A stretch of 64,000 bases of DNA from Candidatus Binatia bacterium (GCA_963666515.2 OY762897.2:480001-544000); one strand, 5' to 3'; shown: positions 45,681 to 56,171, counted from the stretch's first letter. The notes: generated by a model from the letters alone, not told the origin. Translations and numbers: made by a program.

Positions 45681-48110
45681 CTAGGCCTTGAACCATCGGG
45701 TTCCCCAACCGAGGGCGGCGAGACCCACCACGGCGCCGAAGATCCACTGCCAGTAACGCTCCAGGATCAGCTTTCCCTCGATCTGCTGCCTGAGAACGTC
45801 GCGTTCAGCCGTTGCCGCTGCCAACTCGGCCTTTGCCGAGGTCATCTGCTCGGTGAGTTGCCGCTTGTCGGCGCCCAGGGCCGCGACGGCCTTGTCCTTG
45901 TCGGCACGGGTCTGTTCCAGGGTGCGGTTGGTTGTGTCGAGCTGCTCGCGCAACTGCGCGGTGGCCTGTTCCCCGGCGGCCACGTCGGCGACGGCCTTGT
46001 CCTTGTCGGCGCGGGTCTGTTCCAGGGTGCTGTTGGCCGCGTCGAGGCGTTGCTGGAGTTGGGCCGCGAGCTGGTCCTTGGCGGTCAGGTCGGCCACGGC
46101 CTGTTCCTTCTCGGTCCGTATCTGTTCCAGAGAGGTGCTGGTTTCGTCAAGCTGCTGTTGCAGCTTGGCGGCGGCCTGGTCGTGGGCTGCGGTGAGCGCG
46201 GCGAGTTTCTCGGCCGCTTCCTGCTCCCTGGCGGCGAGGTCGGCGACGGCCTTGTCCTTGTCGGCACGGGTCCGCTCCAGGGAAGTGCTGGTTTCGTCGA
46301 GCTGCTGTTGCAGCTTGGCGGCGGCCTGGTCGTGGGCTGCGGTGAGCGTGGCGAGTTTCTCGGCCGCTTCCTGCTCCCTGGCGGCGAGGTCGGCGACGGC
46401 CTTGTCCTTGTCGGCGCGGGTCCGCTCCAGCGAGGTGCTCACGTCGGCCAGGCGTTTTTCCAGTTGTTCCACCGCGGTTTGATGGGCCGAGGTCAGCGTG
46501 GCCATCTGCAACGCGAGTTGTTGCTTGTCGGCCGTCAACGCGCTCATGAACTGCGCCCGTTCGGTTTCGGTCCTCTTCAGCGAACGTTCGGTGTCAGCCA
46601 GCCGCTGTTCCAGCTCCTCCTTGGCTTGGGCGTTGCCAGGGTCTTGCCGTTCCATCTCCTGCTTGAGGGCCGCCACCTCCGCCTGGGCCCGTTCCTTTTC
46701 CTCCTGGGCCTGCTTCAGCGCTGCCGTGGTGCCGGTCAGTTCGTTTTCCAGCTTCTGGATTTCGGCCGTGTGGGAGGCGTTCAATTCGGCCAGTTGGTCC
46801 GTCAGGGCTCGCTGATCCGAGGTCAGGGCGGCCAGCGCCTGTTCCTTTTCGATGCGTGTCCGTTCCAGCGACTTCGTGGCGTCCGCGAGCTGCTGCCGGA
46901 GTTCCTCGGTGGCCTGGTCCTGGCGCGACTTCAGGTCGCTCAACTGTCCGGCAAGGTCCTGCTGGTCGGTGGTGAGGGAGGAGATATCCCGATCCTTCTC
47001 CTGCCGGACCTGTTCCAGCGAAGCCGTCGCCTGAGTCAGTTGCGCCTGCAATTGCTTGACGGCCCGTTCATGGTCGGTGGTCAGGGCCGTCAGCCGCTGG
47101 GTGGCTTCCCGTTCCCTGGCGGCCAATTCCGCCAGAGCCTTCTCCTTGGCGGCGAGATCGGCGAGGGCTTTGTCCTTTTCGGCGCGGGTCTGGTCCAGCG
47201 AGCGAATGGTCTCGGCCAATTGCGTCTGGAGGTGCTGGACGGCCTGATCACGCGCAGCCGCAAGCGACGCGAGCTTCTGCGCGGCGTCCTTTTCGCCGGC
47301 GGCGAGATCGGCGAGGGCTTTGTCCTTTTCGGCGCGGGTCTGGTCCAGCGACCCTGACACCTCCGACAGTTGCTGCTGCAACTGTGTCAGCGCGGCTTTC
47401 TGGGAGGCGACTTCCGCTTCCAGGGACTGCTTCGCCGCCTTCAGATCGGCGGTTTCGGCGTTCAGGCCCGTGATGGCACGGTCCTGCTGCGCGACCTCAT
47501 CCTCGAGCCCGCGTACTCGCGCGGTCAACTCGTCCCGCCTCCGTACGAGCGCGGTGAAGTTCTCTTCCAGCTCCGTCTTGGCCGCAGTGAGAAGCGCGTT
47601 CTGCTGCACCAGGGAGTCTCTGAGGCCGGCCAGTTCCCGAGCCTTCGCATCCAGTTCCCGCACCGTGGCGGCTCTCTGGTCGAGCCGGGCGGTAAGGTCG
47701 TCGACGGTCTTGAGCGTGTTGTCCCGTTCGGCCGTCAGGGCGGCCACTCTCCGGCGATAGCGGTCCACGGTCGCGCGCCGTTCGTCGATGGCGGTGCTCA
47801 ATTCCTGCCGGACCTCGCCCAGGGAGTCGGTCAACTCCCCGACTTGCCGCCGGGTCTCCGCAAGCTGCCGGTCCCGCTGGTCGAGCATGCCCTGGCGCCG
47901 GCTCACGTCCTGCGTCAACTCGCTGACTCTCGCTTCAAGGGCGGCAACCTCCTGCCCGCGTTGCTCCAGGTTCTGCGTCAGAGCGGCGTTGTCCGCCTCC
48001 ACGCGCTGCTTCTCGCTGTTCAGTTGCTCGTGTTCCTCGATGGAGACGCACGAGGCCAGCAGCACCAACAGTCCGGCCAGAAGGCCCAAGGGTTTCAGAT
48101 ATTGCATCAT
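45681..48110 (-). CDS. Long coiled-coil lipoprotein with C-terminal membrane anchor
   Basis: Lipobox LLASC; heptad-rich A/E/Q/L/K body; C-terminal WQWIFGAVVGLAALGWG. Confidence 0.85.
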   Translation of the reverse strand: MMQYLKPLGLLAGLLVLLASCVSIEEHEQLNSEKQRVEADNAALTQNLEQRGQEVAALEARVSELTQDVSRRQGMLDQRDRQLAETRRQVGELTDSLGEVRQELSTAIDERRATVDRYRRRVAALTAERDNTLKTVDDLTARLDQRAATVRELDAKARELAGLRDSLVQQNALLTAAKTELEENFTALVRRRDELTARVRGLEDEVAQQDRAITGLNAETADLKAAKQSLEAEVASQKAALTQLQQQLSEVSGSLDQTRAEKDKALADLAAGEKDAAQKLASLAAARDQAVQHLQTQLAETIRSLDQTRAEKDKALADLAAKEKALAELAAREREATQRLTALTTDHERAVKQLQAQLTQATASLEQVRQEKDRDISSLTTDQQDLAGQLSDLKSRQDQATEELRQQLADATKSLERTRIEKEQALAALTSDQRALTDQLAELNASHTAEIQKLENELTGTTAALKQAQEEKERAQAEVAALKQEMERQDPGNAQAKEELEQRLADTERSLKRTETERAQFMSALTADKQQLALQMATLTSAHQTAVEQLEKRLADVSTSLERTRADKDKAVADLAAREQEAAEKLATLTAAHDQAAAKLQQQLDETSTSLERTRADKDKAVADLAAREQEAAEKLAALTAAHDQAAAKLQQQLDETSTSLEQIRTEKEQAVADLTAKDQLAAQLQQRLDAANSTLEQTRADKDKAVADVAAGEQATAQLREQLDTTNRTLEQTRADKDKAVAALGADKRQLTEQMTSAKAELAAATAERDVLRQQIEGKLILERYWQWIFGAVVGLAALGWGTRWFKA
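46130..46440. repeat. 150-bp (50-aa) intragenic tandem repeat, with degenerate copies across about 45880-47350
   Basis: TSLERTRADKDKAVADLAAREQEAAEKLAxLTAAHDQAAAKLQQQLDETS occurs twice; same 150-bp period at 47151/47301. Confidence 0.9.
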
Positions 48111-48159
48111 CGGTAAGTTCCCTATCAGACTTGGGCGGCAACAAGCAACGCAAAAAACG

Positions 48160-49338
48160 TCAGATGACCTGCCGGCTGCGCAACCCCTCGATGTCTTCCG
48201 CGCTGTATCCCATACCTTGCAGGATTTCGTCGGTGTCCTCGCCCAGCATGGGCGGCGGGGTAGGGGTCTCCGGCGGCGTGCGGCTCATGTTGACGCCGCT
48301 TCCCACCAGCTTCACCTTGCCCATCTTCGGGTGCTCCACCTCGATGGGAAAGCCGTACTGCTTCACCTGCGGATCGTTGAACATGTCCTCCAGGTTGTTC
48401 AGCGGGGTGGAGGGCACGTCGTGCTCCCGGAGCTTCTTGAGCCACACGTCGCGCGAGTCCTGCTCGAAGACGGCCTGCAGCTCCCGCTCCAGCATGTCGT
48501 GGTGCTCGGTGCGGCCCTCCTTTTCGGCGAAGCGGGGGTCTTTCCCCCACTCGGGTTTGCCGGCGACTTCCACGAGCCCCAGCCAGAACTTGTTGGGCGA
48601 GGACAGGTGCACGACGAAGGGCCGGCCGTCGCGGTCGACGAAGGCGAACACGCCGGCGGTGCGGGTGCGGTCGGCTCGGCTGGGCACGACGCCGGTCTCG
48701 AAGTAGCGCGCGCAGTTCTCCGCGGTGAAGGACACCGACGCCCGCAGCAGGGAGGTCTCGATGATCTGCCCCTCGCCGGTCATCATGCGGTTCACCAGCG
48801 CCGCCAGCACGCCGTAGCAGGCGTAAACGCCGGTGAGGTGGTCGGACAGGGAGATGCCCATGCCCTTGGGATCGTCGGGATCCGTGAGCAGGCTCAGAAG
48901 GCCGCTCATCCCTTGGCCCACCGTGTCGTAGCCGGGCCGGTCGCGATAGGGCCCCTCCTGGCCGAAGCCGGAGATGGAGCAGTAGATGAGCTTCGGTTTC
49001 AACTCGCGGAGGGTGTCGTAGCCGAGCCCGCGGCGGGCCATGACCCCCGGACGGTGGTTCTCGACGAGCACGTCCGACCCGGCGGCGAGTTGGCGGCAGA
49101 TTTCCTGTCCCTCCTCGTTGCGGAGGTCCAGGGTGATGCTCTTCTTGTTCCGGTTCAGGCTGCAGAAGGTGGCCGAATACATCTTCCCGCCGCCCCAGCC
49201 GCGGAACGGGTCGCCGCGCTCCCGGTCCTCCACCTTGATCACCTCGGCGCCCAGGTCGGCCATGAGCATGGAAGCGAACGGGCCGGTGACGTAGCTGGAC
49301 AGCTCCAGAATCCGGATGCCTTCGAGTGTTCCCGCCAT
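48160..49338 (-). CDS. Family III CoA-transferase (CaiB/BaiF)
   Basis: ADLGAEVIKVE, NRNKKS, SISGFGQEGP, GYD. Confidence 0.93.
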   Translation of the reverse strand: MAGTLEGIRILELSSYVTGPFASMLMADLGAEVIKVEDRERGDPFRGWGGGKMYSATFCSLNRNKKSITLDLRNEEGQEICRQLAAGSDVLVENHRPGVMARRGLGYDTLRELKPKLIYCSISGFGQEGPYRDRPGYDTVGQGMSGLLSLLTDPDDPKGMGISLSDHLTGVYACYGVLAALVNRMMTGEGQIIETSLLRASVSFTAENCARYFETGVVPSRADRTRTAGVFAFVDRDGRPFVVHLSSPNKFWLGLVEVAGKPEWGKDPRFAEKEGRTEHHDMLERELQAVFEQDSRDVWLKKLREHDVPSTPLNNLEDMFNDPQVKQYGFPIEVEHPKMGKVKLVGSGVNMSRTPPETPTPPPMLGEDTDEILQGMGYSAEDIEGLRSRQVI

Positions 49339-49489
49339 CTGTTCAAGCCTCTATGTGGATGTCCCGGAGGTCCTCTTCGCCGATGGAAACCCTGGCAACT
49401 TTGCATGGATGGGTCCACATTGACGCGCCGGGGCCGTTGTGTGACGTTTCGAGTTCTATACCCAAAGACATCCCGAAACAAAACCGCCC

Positions 49490-50710
49490 ATGAAATCCGA
49501 ATCCATGCTGCGCCGGCTGTTCGCGGCCCTGAGCCACCGGAACTACCGTTTCTACTGGCTGGGCCAGCTTTCTTCGGTGCTGGCCCTGAACATGGAGATG
49601 GCCGCGCAGGCCTGGCTGGTGTTCCTGCTGACGGATTCGCCGCTGATGCTGGGGGTGGCCGGGATCGTCTACGCGGTGCCGCGGGTCTCTCTGGTCCTGG
49701 TGGGCGGCGCCATTGCCGACCGGGCCGACAAGCGCCGCATCATGGTGCTCACCCAGTCGCTGCTGGCCCTGGCCTACCTGGTGCTGGGGTTGCTGGTGCT
49801 CACCGAGCGCGTCGCCTTCTGGCACGTGCTGGTGTTCGCGTTCAACTCGGGTTTCCTGCGCGCCTTCGACCGGCCCAGCCGGTACGCGCTGCTGCCCGAG
49901 ATGGTGCCGCGCGAGGAGCTGGCCAACGCCGTGGCGCTGGGAAGCTCGGTGTGGCAGGCGTGCCGGCTCGTGGGCCCCGGGCTCGCCGGCGTCCTGATCT
50001 ACTGGCTCGGCATCGGGCCCACCTTCCTCGCCTGTTTCGCCAGCTCGGTGACCGCGGTGGTGTTGTGGGCGTTCATCCGCACCCGCGCCATCGTCGGACA
50101 GCCCCAGGGCGGCGTGTGGCGCAACATCGCCGCCGGGCTCGACTTCGTGCGCCGCACCCCGCTCTTCTACAGCCTGCTGGGGCTCACGTTCTTCAACAGC
50201 GTCTTCGGCATGTCCTACGTGATCTTGCTGCCGGTGTTCGCCCGGAGCATCCTTGAGGTGGGCTCGCGCGGGTTCGGGCTGCTCCAGTCGGTTTCCGGGG
50301 TCGGCGCGCTGCTGGGCACGCTGACCGTCGCCTATCTGGCCCAGGCCGGACGCAGGGGCTGGCAGGTGCTGGTGGGGTCGGCGGCCTTCGGGGCTCTGCT
50401 CATGATGTTCGCGTATTCGTCGTCGTTCCCGCTGTCGCTGGGCCTCATCTTCCTTCTCGGACTCTTCAACCAGATCTATCTGACCTCCATCAACACCATC
50501 CTCCAACTGAACCTCCCCAACGAACTGCGCGGCCGGGTGCTGGGGCTGTTCGGCCTTACCTGGGATCTCATGCCGCTGGGCGGCGCGGTCGCGGGAGCGG
50601 TGGCCGAATACGCCGGAGCCCCCGCGGCGGTGGCCCTGGGCGGGTTCCTGGTGGCGATGATGGGCTTCTACGGCATGGCGCGGCTGCCCACGGTGCGGGA
50701 GATCGAATAG
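49490..50710 (+). CDS. MFS transporter (MFS_3/EntS-like)
   Basis: FAALSHRNYR, GAIADRADKRR, LRGRV. Confidence 0.9.
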   Translation: MKSESMLRRLFAALSHRNYRFYWLGQLSSVLALNMEMAAQAWLVFLLTDSPLMLGVAGIVYAVPRVSLVLVGGAIADRADKRRIMVLTQSLLALAYLVLGLLVLTERVAFWHVLVFAFNSGFLRAFDRPSRYALLPEMVPREELANAVALGSSVWQACRLVGPGLAGVLIYWLGIGPTFLACFASSVTAVVLWAFIRTRAIVGQPQGGVWRNIAAGLDFVRRTPLFYSLLGLTFFNSVFGMSYVILLPVFARSILEVGSRGFGLLQSVSGVGALLGTLTVAYLAQAGRRGWQVLVGSAAFGALLMMFAYSSSFPLSLGLIFLLGLFNQIYLTSINTILQLNLPNELRGRVLGLFGLTWDLMPLGGAVAGAVAEYAGAPAAVALGGFLVAMMGFYGMARLPTVREIE

Positions 50711-50853
50711 GCGGGAACGCGGCGATCCCTTTACAAGCGGGGGCCGGTGATTAAATTATCCGAAATCCCTGGCGCCCGGCTAAATTGATTCGGCAGGGTC
50801 TGCATTGTAGAGTTGTTGAGGGCTGAACTTGGCGAGAGGAAGGGAACAGGTCC

Positions 50854-51750
50854 ATGAAACGCGTTTTTCTTTTTCTGATCACCAACCTTGCGATACTTTT
50901 CGTGCTGGCCGTTGCGCTCCGTGTGCTCGGCCTTGACTGGTTGCTTTTTCAATACGGCATCGACTTCTGGCCGCTGCTGGCCTTCTCCTTCATCTTCGGC
51001 ATGGGCGGCGCCTTCATCTCCCTGGCCATCTCCAAGTGGACGGCCAAGAGATGGATGGGGTTGACGGTCATCGAGCAGCCCCGCAATGACACCGAGAGAT
51101 GGCTCCTCAATACCGTGCACAACCACGCTCAGGCCGCGAACATCGCCATGCCCGAGGTGGCCATCTACGATTCCCCCGAGCCCAACGCCTTCGCAACCGG
51201 TCCGAGCCGCAACAACTCCCTGGTGGCGGTGAGCACGGGCCTCTTGCGGGCCATGAACGCGGACCAAGCGTCGGCCGTGCTGGGCCACGAGGTTAGCCAC
51301 GTGGCCAACGGCGACATGGTGACGCTGACCCTGCTCCAGGGCGTTCTCAACACATTCGTGATCTTCCTTTCCCGCGTGATCGGATACGTCGTTGACCGTG
51401 CGCTCCACCGGGACGGCGAAGGGGGTTACGGCATCGGCTACTTCGTCACGGTGATCGTCACGCAGATACTGCTCGGCATCCTGGCCAGCATCGTGGTCGC
51501 CTGGTACTCCCGCCGGCGCGAGTACCGGGCCGACGCCGGCGGCGCGTATCTGGCCGGCAGGGCCAACATGATCGGCGCCCTCGCGGCGCTCCAACGCAGC
51601 GTGGAGCCCGAGCACATGCCGGAACAGTTGGAGGCGATGGGGATTGCGGGCGTGCGCAAGGGCGGGCTGCGGATGCTTTTCGCCAGCCATCCCCCCATGG
51701 AGGACCGGATCGCCGCGCTCCGGGAAGAACGCCACGCCGCCGGCACCTAG
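50854..51750 (+). CDS. htpX: Membrane zinc metalloprotease HtpX
   Basis: PNAFATG, HEVSH (HExxH), [13 protein letters not shown]. Confidence 0.95.
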   Translation: MKRVFLFLITNLAILFVLAVALRVLGLDWLLFQYGIDFWPLLAFSFIFGMGGAFISLAISKWTAKRWMGLTVIEQPRNDTERWLLNTVHNHAQAANIAMPEVAIYDSPEPNAFATGPSRNNSLVAVSTGLLRAMNADQASAVLGHEVSHVANGDMVTLTLLQGVLNTFVIFLSRVIGYVVDRALHRDGEGGYGIGYFVTVIVTQILLGILASIVVAWYSRRREYRADAGGAYLAGRANMIGALAALQRSVEPEHMPEQLEAMGIAGVRKGGLRMLFASHPPMEDRIAALREERHAAGT

Positions 51751-51777
51751 GAGGGCGTCAGGGCGAAAGGGGAGGGG

Positions 51778-52857
51778 ATGGCGATATTTTTGGGGGAGTT
51801 CGGGCTCCAGTTCGTGCTGCAGGCGGCTTCCTACTACACCACGCGGGAGCTGGTGGAGTTGGCCGAGTTGGGCGCGGAGCGGGGCTTCAAGCAAGTCTGG
51901 CTCAGCGATTCGCTCCGCTACCGCAACGTTTTGAGTGTGGCGACGGCTATTGCCGCCCGCGCGCCTCTGAAGGTCGGCACCGCCATCCTGGTGCCTTACT
52001 TCCGCAACCCCATCGACGTGGCCGATGCCGTGCTGGCCATATCCGAGCTGACCGACGGCCGCGAGATCAGCCTCGGCATCGCCAAGGGTAGCAAGGGCCA
52101 GGTCCCGCAGTACCTGGAGATGCGCAAGCCGTTCCGCGTGGTACGTGAGACCGTGGCCTTTCTCGGCGCGCTGTTCCGCGGCGAGGAAGTTCAGTTCGGC
52201 GAGTACCCCGCGCTGTGCGACTACTTCCACATGAACCCCCGCGGGCACATCGAACTCGTCCGTCCGCCCGCGGCGCCGGTGCGCTTCTACGGCGGCGGCG
52301 TGGGGCCGCGCTTTCTGGCCATCGCGGGCGAGACCATGGAAGGCGTGCTCATGGGCGGGTACTTCATCTCCATGCACAAGCTCGGGCGCCTGGAGCAGGC
52401 CATGGCGGGAGCCGACGACGCTGCGCGTGCGGTGGACCCGGACAAGAAGCTGCGCAAGGTGTGCGAGATCAACCTCGCCGTGTCCGAGGAGCCCGAGGAA
52501 GCCTTGGCTGAGGCCCGGAAGTATGCGGCCCACCACATGGTGAGCCTCCAGGCCCTGGGCTACAGTCCCGATGAGTTCGAGAGCATCGGCATTGACCCCG
52601 ATCGGGTCAACAGCATCCGGGAGGCGCTCCATTCGGGCATGACCATCGAGCAGGCGTCGCGGGAACTGGTGACCGACGCGATGCCGCGCGCGTGCTTCGT
52701 CGCCGGCCGGCCGTCGGACTGCGTGGAGCCCATCCTGGAGCTGGCGGCCGAGGCCGAGCGCCTCGGGTTCGAGCAGATTTCGTTCGCCAAGCTCGGCAGG
52801 GATTACGCTTCGGTGATCCGGTTCCTGAGCGACGAGATCGTTCCCAGGTTGTCGTAA
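51778..52857 (+). CDS. Luciferase-like (LLM class) flavin/F420-dependent oxidoreductase
   Basis: AERGFKQVWLSD, KVGTAILVPYFRNP, ELTDGREISLGI. Confidence 0.85.
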   Translation: MAIFLGEFGLQFVLQAASYYTTRELVELAELGAERGFKQVWLSDSLRYRNVLSVATAIAARAPLKVGTAILVPYFRNPIDVADAVLAISELTDGREISLGIAKGSKGQVPQYLEMRKPFRVVRETVAFLGALFRGEEVQFGEYPALCDYFHMNPRGHIELVRPPAAPVRFYGGGVGPRFLAIAGETMEGVLMGGYFISMHKLGRLEQAMAGADDAARAVDPDKKLRKVCEINLAVSEEPEEALAEARKYAAHHMVSLQALGYSPDEFESIGIDPDRVNSIREALHSGMTIEQASRELVTDAMPRACFVAGRPSDCVEPILELAAEAERLGFEQISFAKLGRDYASVIRFLSDEIVPRLS

Positions 52858-52893
52858 GGCCGTATCGGTCCCGGACAAGCACACATCAGTCTC

Positions 52894-54177
52894 TTGGCCA
52901 CCTCGCCCACCGATTCCATTTCCCGGCCTGCGGCCAGGCTCAACCGGGTCTACCCGTGGGTGGTGCTGGGCATCTCGTTCATGACCGTCGCCGCCGCCTT
53001 CGGGTGCCGCGCGGCGTTCGCGCTCTTCTTCGTGGCGGTTCTGGAGGAGTTTCACTGGAGCCGCGGGTTGGCCGCCGGCGCGCTTACCCTGGGCTCGGTG
53101 GCGTGGACCGTTTCCGCGCCTGCGTGGGGGCAGATGCTGGACCGACTCGGCCCCAGGTTCGTGTTCCCGGCGGGCGCCGGCCTCATGGCGGCGGGATTTG
53201 CCGTCAGCGCCATGACCCATACCGTCTGGCACTACTACCTGGGCATGGGACTTCTGGTGGGACTCGGTTTCGCCGCCCTGCCCATGACCTCGCAGGCCAC
53301 GGTCATCAGCAACTGGTTCGTTCGCAAGCGCGGCATGGCCATGGGCCTTGCGGCTTCGGGCATCGGCGTCGGGATCTTCCTGGTGGTGCCGGCCGCGGAG
53401 TGGCTGATCGACGCGTTGGGCTGGCGCAACGCCTATCTGGTGCTGGCCTGCGTGATGCTGGCCGCGGTGGTGCCGCTCAACCTGTTCCTCCAGCGGCGGC
53501 GGCCGCAGGACATGGGATTGCTGCCGGATTTCGGCGCCACTGCGCCTGCGGAGGGCGGAGGTCCGCGCCGGGCGCCGGAAGACGGCATGACTCTCGCCGC
53601 GGCGCTCCGCAACTACCGGTTCTGGGCGCTGTGCGGTGGGTTCGTGTTCGGCGCCATCCCCGTGCACATGGTGCTGGTGCACCAGGTGGCCGCCATGGTG
53701 GACGCGGGACTTTCGCGGGAGTTCGGCGCCTGGGTGCTGGGCCTCACCGGGTTCTTCACCACCTTCACCATGATCGGCATGGGGACGCTCTCGGACCGGA
53801 TCGGCAGCGAGCGGGCCTACACCATCGGCAGCCTGGCCCTGGTGGGCGGCATCCTGATGATCCTGTATCTCGACGGGATGTCGGAGGTCCTGGTGGCGTC
53901 CCTGTACCCGCCGCTGTTCGCCGTGGGTTTCGGGTCGCGCCAGGGGCTCTATCCGACCATCGCCGCGGACATCTTTCATGGCGAGCATTTCGGCTCGATC
54001 ATCGGCTTTTTGGCTTTCAGCATCGGAATGGGCGCGGGCGTCGGCCCTTGGCTGGCGGGCTACCTCCACGACGTTTCGGGCAGCTATGCCAGCTCGTGCT
54101 GGATCGGTATCGTCCTGTGTGTGCTATCGTTGGCGTGCATCTGGATCGTAGCCCCGAGCAAGGGGGCGGATGCCTGA
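52894..54177 (+). CDS. MFS transporter (OFA/MCT-like)
   Basis: GQMLDRLGPR, NWFVRKRGMAMG, GTLSDRIG. Confidence 0.9.
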   Translation: MATSPTDSISRPAARLNRVYPWVVLGISFMTVAAAFGCRAAFALFFVAVLEEFHWSRGLAAGALTLGSVAWTVSAPAWGQMLDRLGPRFVFPAGAGLMAAGFAVSAMTHTVWHYYLGMGLLVGLGFAALPMTSQATVISNWFVRKRGMAMGLAASGIGVGIFLVVPAAEWLIDALGWRNAYLVLACVMLAAVVPLNLFLQRRRPQDMGLLPDFGATAPAEGGGPRRAPEDGMTLAAALRNYRFWALCGGFVFGAIPVHMVLVHQVAAMVDAGLSREFGAWVLGLTGFFTTFTMIGMGTLSDRIGSERAYTIGSLALVGGILMILYLDGMSEVLVASLYPPLFAVGFGSRQGLYPTIAADIFHGEHFGSIIGFLAFSIGMGAGVGPWLAGYLHDVSGSYASSCWIGIVLCVLSLACIWIVAPSKGADA

Positions 54178-54224
54178 CGGGCCGTGACATGCAGATCGAG
54201 CCCCATAGTGTTTAGGGAGACCCC

Positions 54225-55205
54225 ATGGCGAAGACGCTGATCATCGACGCGCACCATCACTGGATGCCCGAGGAACACTACCGGAACCCGGAACCGCTGA
54301 TCCGCGCCGGCGAGACCGTGGTGCGGCGGCCGGACCGTCTCGCCATCCGCCGGGAAGGCGTGCAGCTTTTCGGACCGCCCGCCATGACCGCGGACATGGC
54401 CGCGCAGATCGACGAGATGGACCGGGTGGGGATCGACCGCGCCGTGCTCCACGTCGGCTGCTGGGTGGACTGGATCGACGTCCCCGCGGCGCGCTTCATC
54501 AACGACGAGATGGCCAGGCTCACCGAGCGGTTTCCCGGCCGCATCATCCCGCTGGCCCACGTGCCCGCGCTGGAGGCCGGAGGCCGCCGGGAGCTCAAGC
54601 GCGCGGTGCTGAAGCTCGGCTTCCGCGGCGTCGGCATCAACACGCACATTCAAGGCGCCCTGCTGGACGACAAACGTTACCATCCGTTCTACCGCCTGGT
54701 CTCCGACCTGGACATCCCCATCTTCGTGCACCCGTCCTCGGAGCTGCCGCTGGCCCACCCCCACGGCATGGAGCAGTTCAACCTGACTCGCAACCTCGGC
54801 CGCGCCATGGACAACACCATCAACATCGTGCGTCTCATGCTGAGCGGCACGCTGGAGAAGTTTCCGAAGCTCCGCTTCGTCTTCACCCACCTGGGCGGCG
54901 CCTGGTTCGCGCTCCGCAACCGCCTGAACCCGTCCTTCTGGGACAAGCGCGAGCAGGGCTACTTCGACAAGTTCCGCGACCGCATCTTCATCGACACCGC
55001 GCCCCCGTTCTGGCGTCCGGGCGAGATCCGTTTCGCCATGGACATGGTGGGTGAGGACCAGGTGCTCATGGGCAGCGATTTCCCCACCATCGACCGGCTC
55101 GGCGACGCGGTCGCCATCGTGAAGGCGGTCAAGGTCAACGCCGCGGTGAAGGGTAAGTTGTTGGGCGGGAACGTGGCCAGACTGTTCCCGGAGAACGGCT
55201 GCTGA
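54225..55205 (+). CDS. Amidohydrolase-2 family protein (ACMSD-like)
   Basis: DAHHH, FVHP, HLGG, GSDFP. Confidence 0.9.
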   Translation: MAKTLIIDAHHHWMPEEHYRNPEPLIRAGETVVRRPDRLAIRREGVQLFGPPAMTADMAAQIDEMDRVGIDRAVLHVGCWVDWIDVPAARFINDEMARLTERFPGRIIPLAHVPALEAGGRRELKRAVLKLGFRGVGINTHIQGALLDDKRYHPFYRLVSDLDIPIFVHPSSELPLAHPHGMEQFNLTRNLGRAMDNTINIVRLMLSGTLEKFPKLRFVFTHLGGAWFALRNRLNPSFWDKREQGYFDKFRDRIFIDTAPPFWRPGEIRFAMDMVGEDQVLMGSDFPTIDRLGDAVAIVKAVKVNAAVKGKLLGGNVARLFPENGC

Positions 55206-55227
55206 GGGCAGGGGAGGGGAGCCCGCC

Positions 55228-55992
55228 GTGAAGGTACTGATGTGCCCGCCGCTCCACTACCAGCCCGCCGAGGGCGAGGACACATCCACGGTCATGGCTG
55301 AGTGGCGCGGCCTCTACCGCCTCCTGCGCGACGAGCTGGACGTGCAGGTGGATCTGCTGGAGCCCAGGCCCGACATGCCCACGCTCGTGCTGGCCGCGAG
55401 CGGCGGTTTCGTCTGGGAGGACTCCTTCATCGCAAGCCGGTTTCGGGAAAACTCAGGGCGACCCGAAGCCGAAGCGTGGGAGAACTTCTTTCTGGTGCGG
55501 GGCTACGCCACGCCCGGGCTCCCGGAAGGCTGTTGCTTCGAAGGCGAGCGGGATCTGGTGGTCGTGGGTGGGACGATGTTCGCGGGATATCGCTCCGACG
55601 ACGACTTGGCCGCTTACGCAGCCGTCGCCAAGGTCCTCGGTGGCGAGGTCCACTCCCTTCGCCTGTCCGACGCCTGGGACTGGTCCCTCGACACGTGTCT
55701 GTGCCCCTTAGGCGACGGCAGTGCCCTGTTCCATCCGGACGCCTTCGACCCGAGCGCGCACAAGGCGCTCCACGACCACGTGCCCCGGCTCCATCCCGTC
55801 GATGCGGATGATGCGCGGCGTCTGGGATGCAACGCGCTGGTCACAGGCCGGAACGCAGTCCTGCCGGAGGGTTGCCCAGAGACCGCCGCCCACCTGGAGG
55901 AGGCTGGCTTCCAGGTCCACAGCACGCCGCTCCGCTCCTATGCCCGGCACGGAACCGGGCCGAAAGCCCTGGTCCTCAAGATCGCCGGCTGA
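55228..55992 (+). CDS. Amidinotransferase/DDAH-fold protein, catalytic residues apparently degenerate
   Basis: LMCPP, FEGE, LDTCLCPL, CNA; SLD and PKAL in place of HLD and KCL. Confidence 0.75.
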   Translation: MKVLMCPPLHYQPAEGEDTSTVMAEWRGLYRLLRDELDVQVDLLEPRPDMPTLVLAASGGFVWEDSFIASRFRENSGRPEAEAWENFFLVRGYATPGLPEGCCFEGERDLVVVGGTMFAGYRSDDDLAAYAAVAKVLGGEVHSLRLSDAWDWSLDTCLCPLGDGSALFHPDAFDPSAHKALHDHVPRLHPVDADDARRLGCNALVTGRNAVLPEGCPETAAHLEEAGFQVHSTPLRSYARHGTGPKALVLKIAG

Positions 55993-56043
55993 CCCGCCCG
56001 CTGCTTGCTCCGGCTCTTGCCCGCCTGCCGGGCCCCCGCAATA

Positions 56044-56163
56044 CAACTTTGACTTGCGTTGGCACAACGCTATATACTTGCAATCGATCCTCACGATGTA
56101 CTTGCAATTGCACAGCATTAAATACTTGTATTAGCACTACGCAATAAACTTGTGAAAGCGCGG
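56044..56163. repeat. Five degenerate tandem units with an exact 24-bp period
   Basis: ACTTG at 56052, 56076, 56100, 56124 and 56148; pattern C-N7-ACTTG-N5-G-N2-C invariant in all five. Confidence 0.85.
56049..56078 (+). promoter_or_regulatory. Sigma70-like promoter embedded in the array
   Basis: TTGACT-N18-TATACT. Confidence 0.6.
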
Positions 56164-56171
56164 ACAAGAAG

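Noticed and set aside
45681-48110. SMC protein or phage tape measure
   Set aside because: No Walker motifs or hinge, it carries a lipobox, and there are no phage genes nearby.
55827-56147. Peptide with Thr-Cys every 8 residues (possible RiPP precursor)
   Set aside because: By-product of the ACTTG period; no SD or leader, it overlaps the upstream gene, and no modifying enzymes are nearby.
56044-56163. CRISPR array
   Set aside because: The 24-bp period is too short, there is no identical repeat plus unique spacer structure, and there are no cas genes. Kept as a different kind of array.
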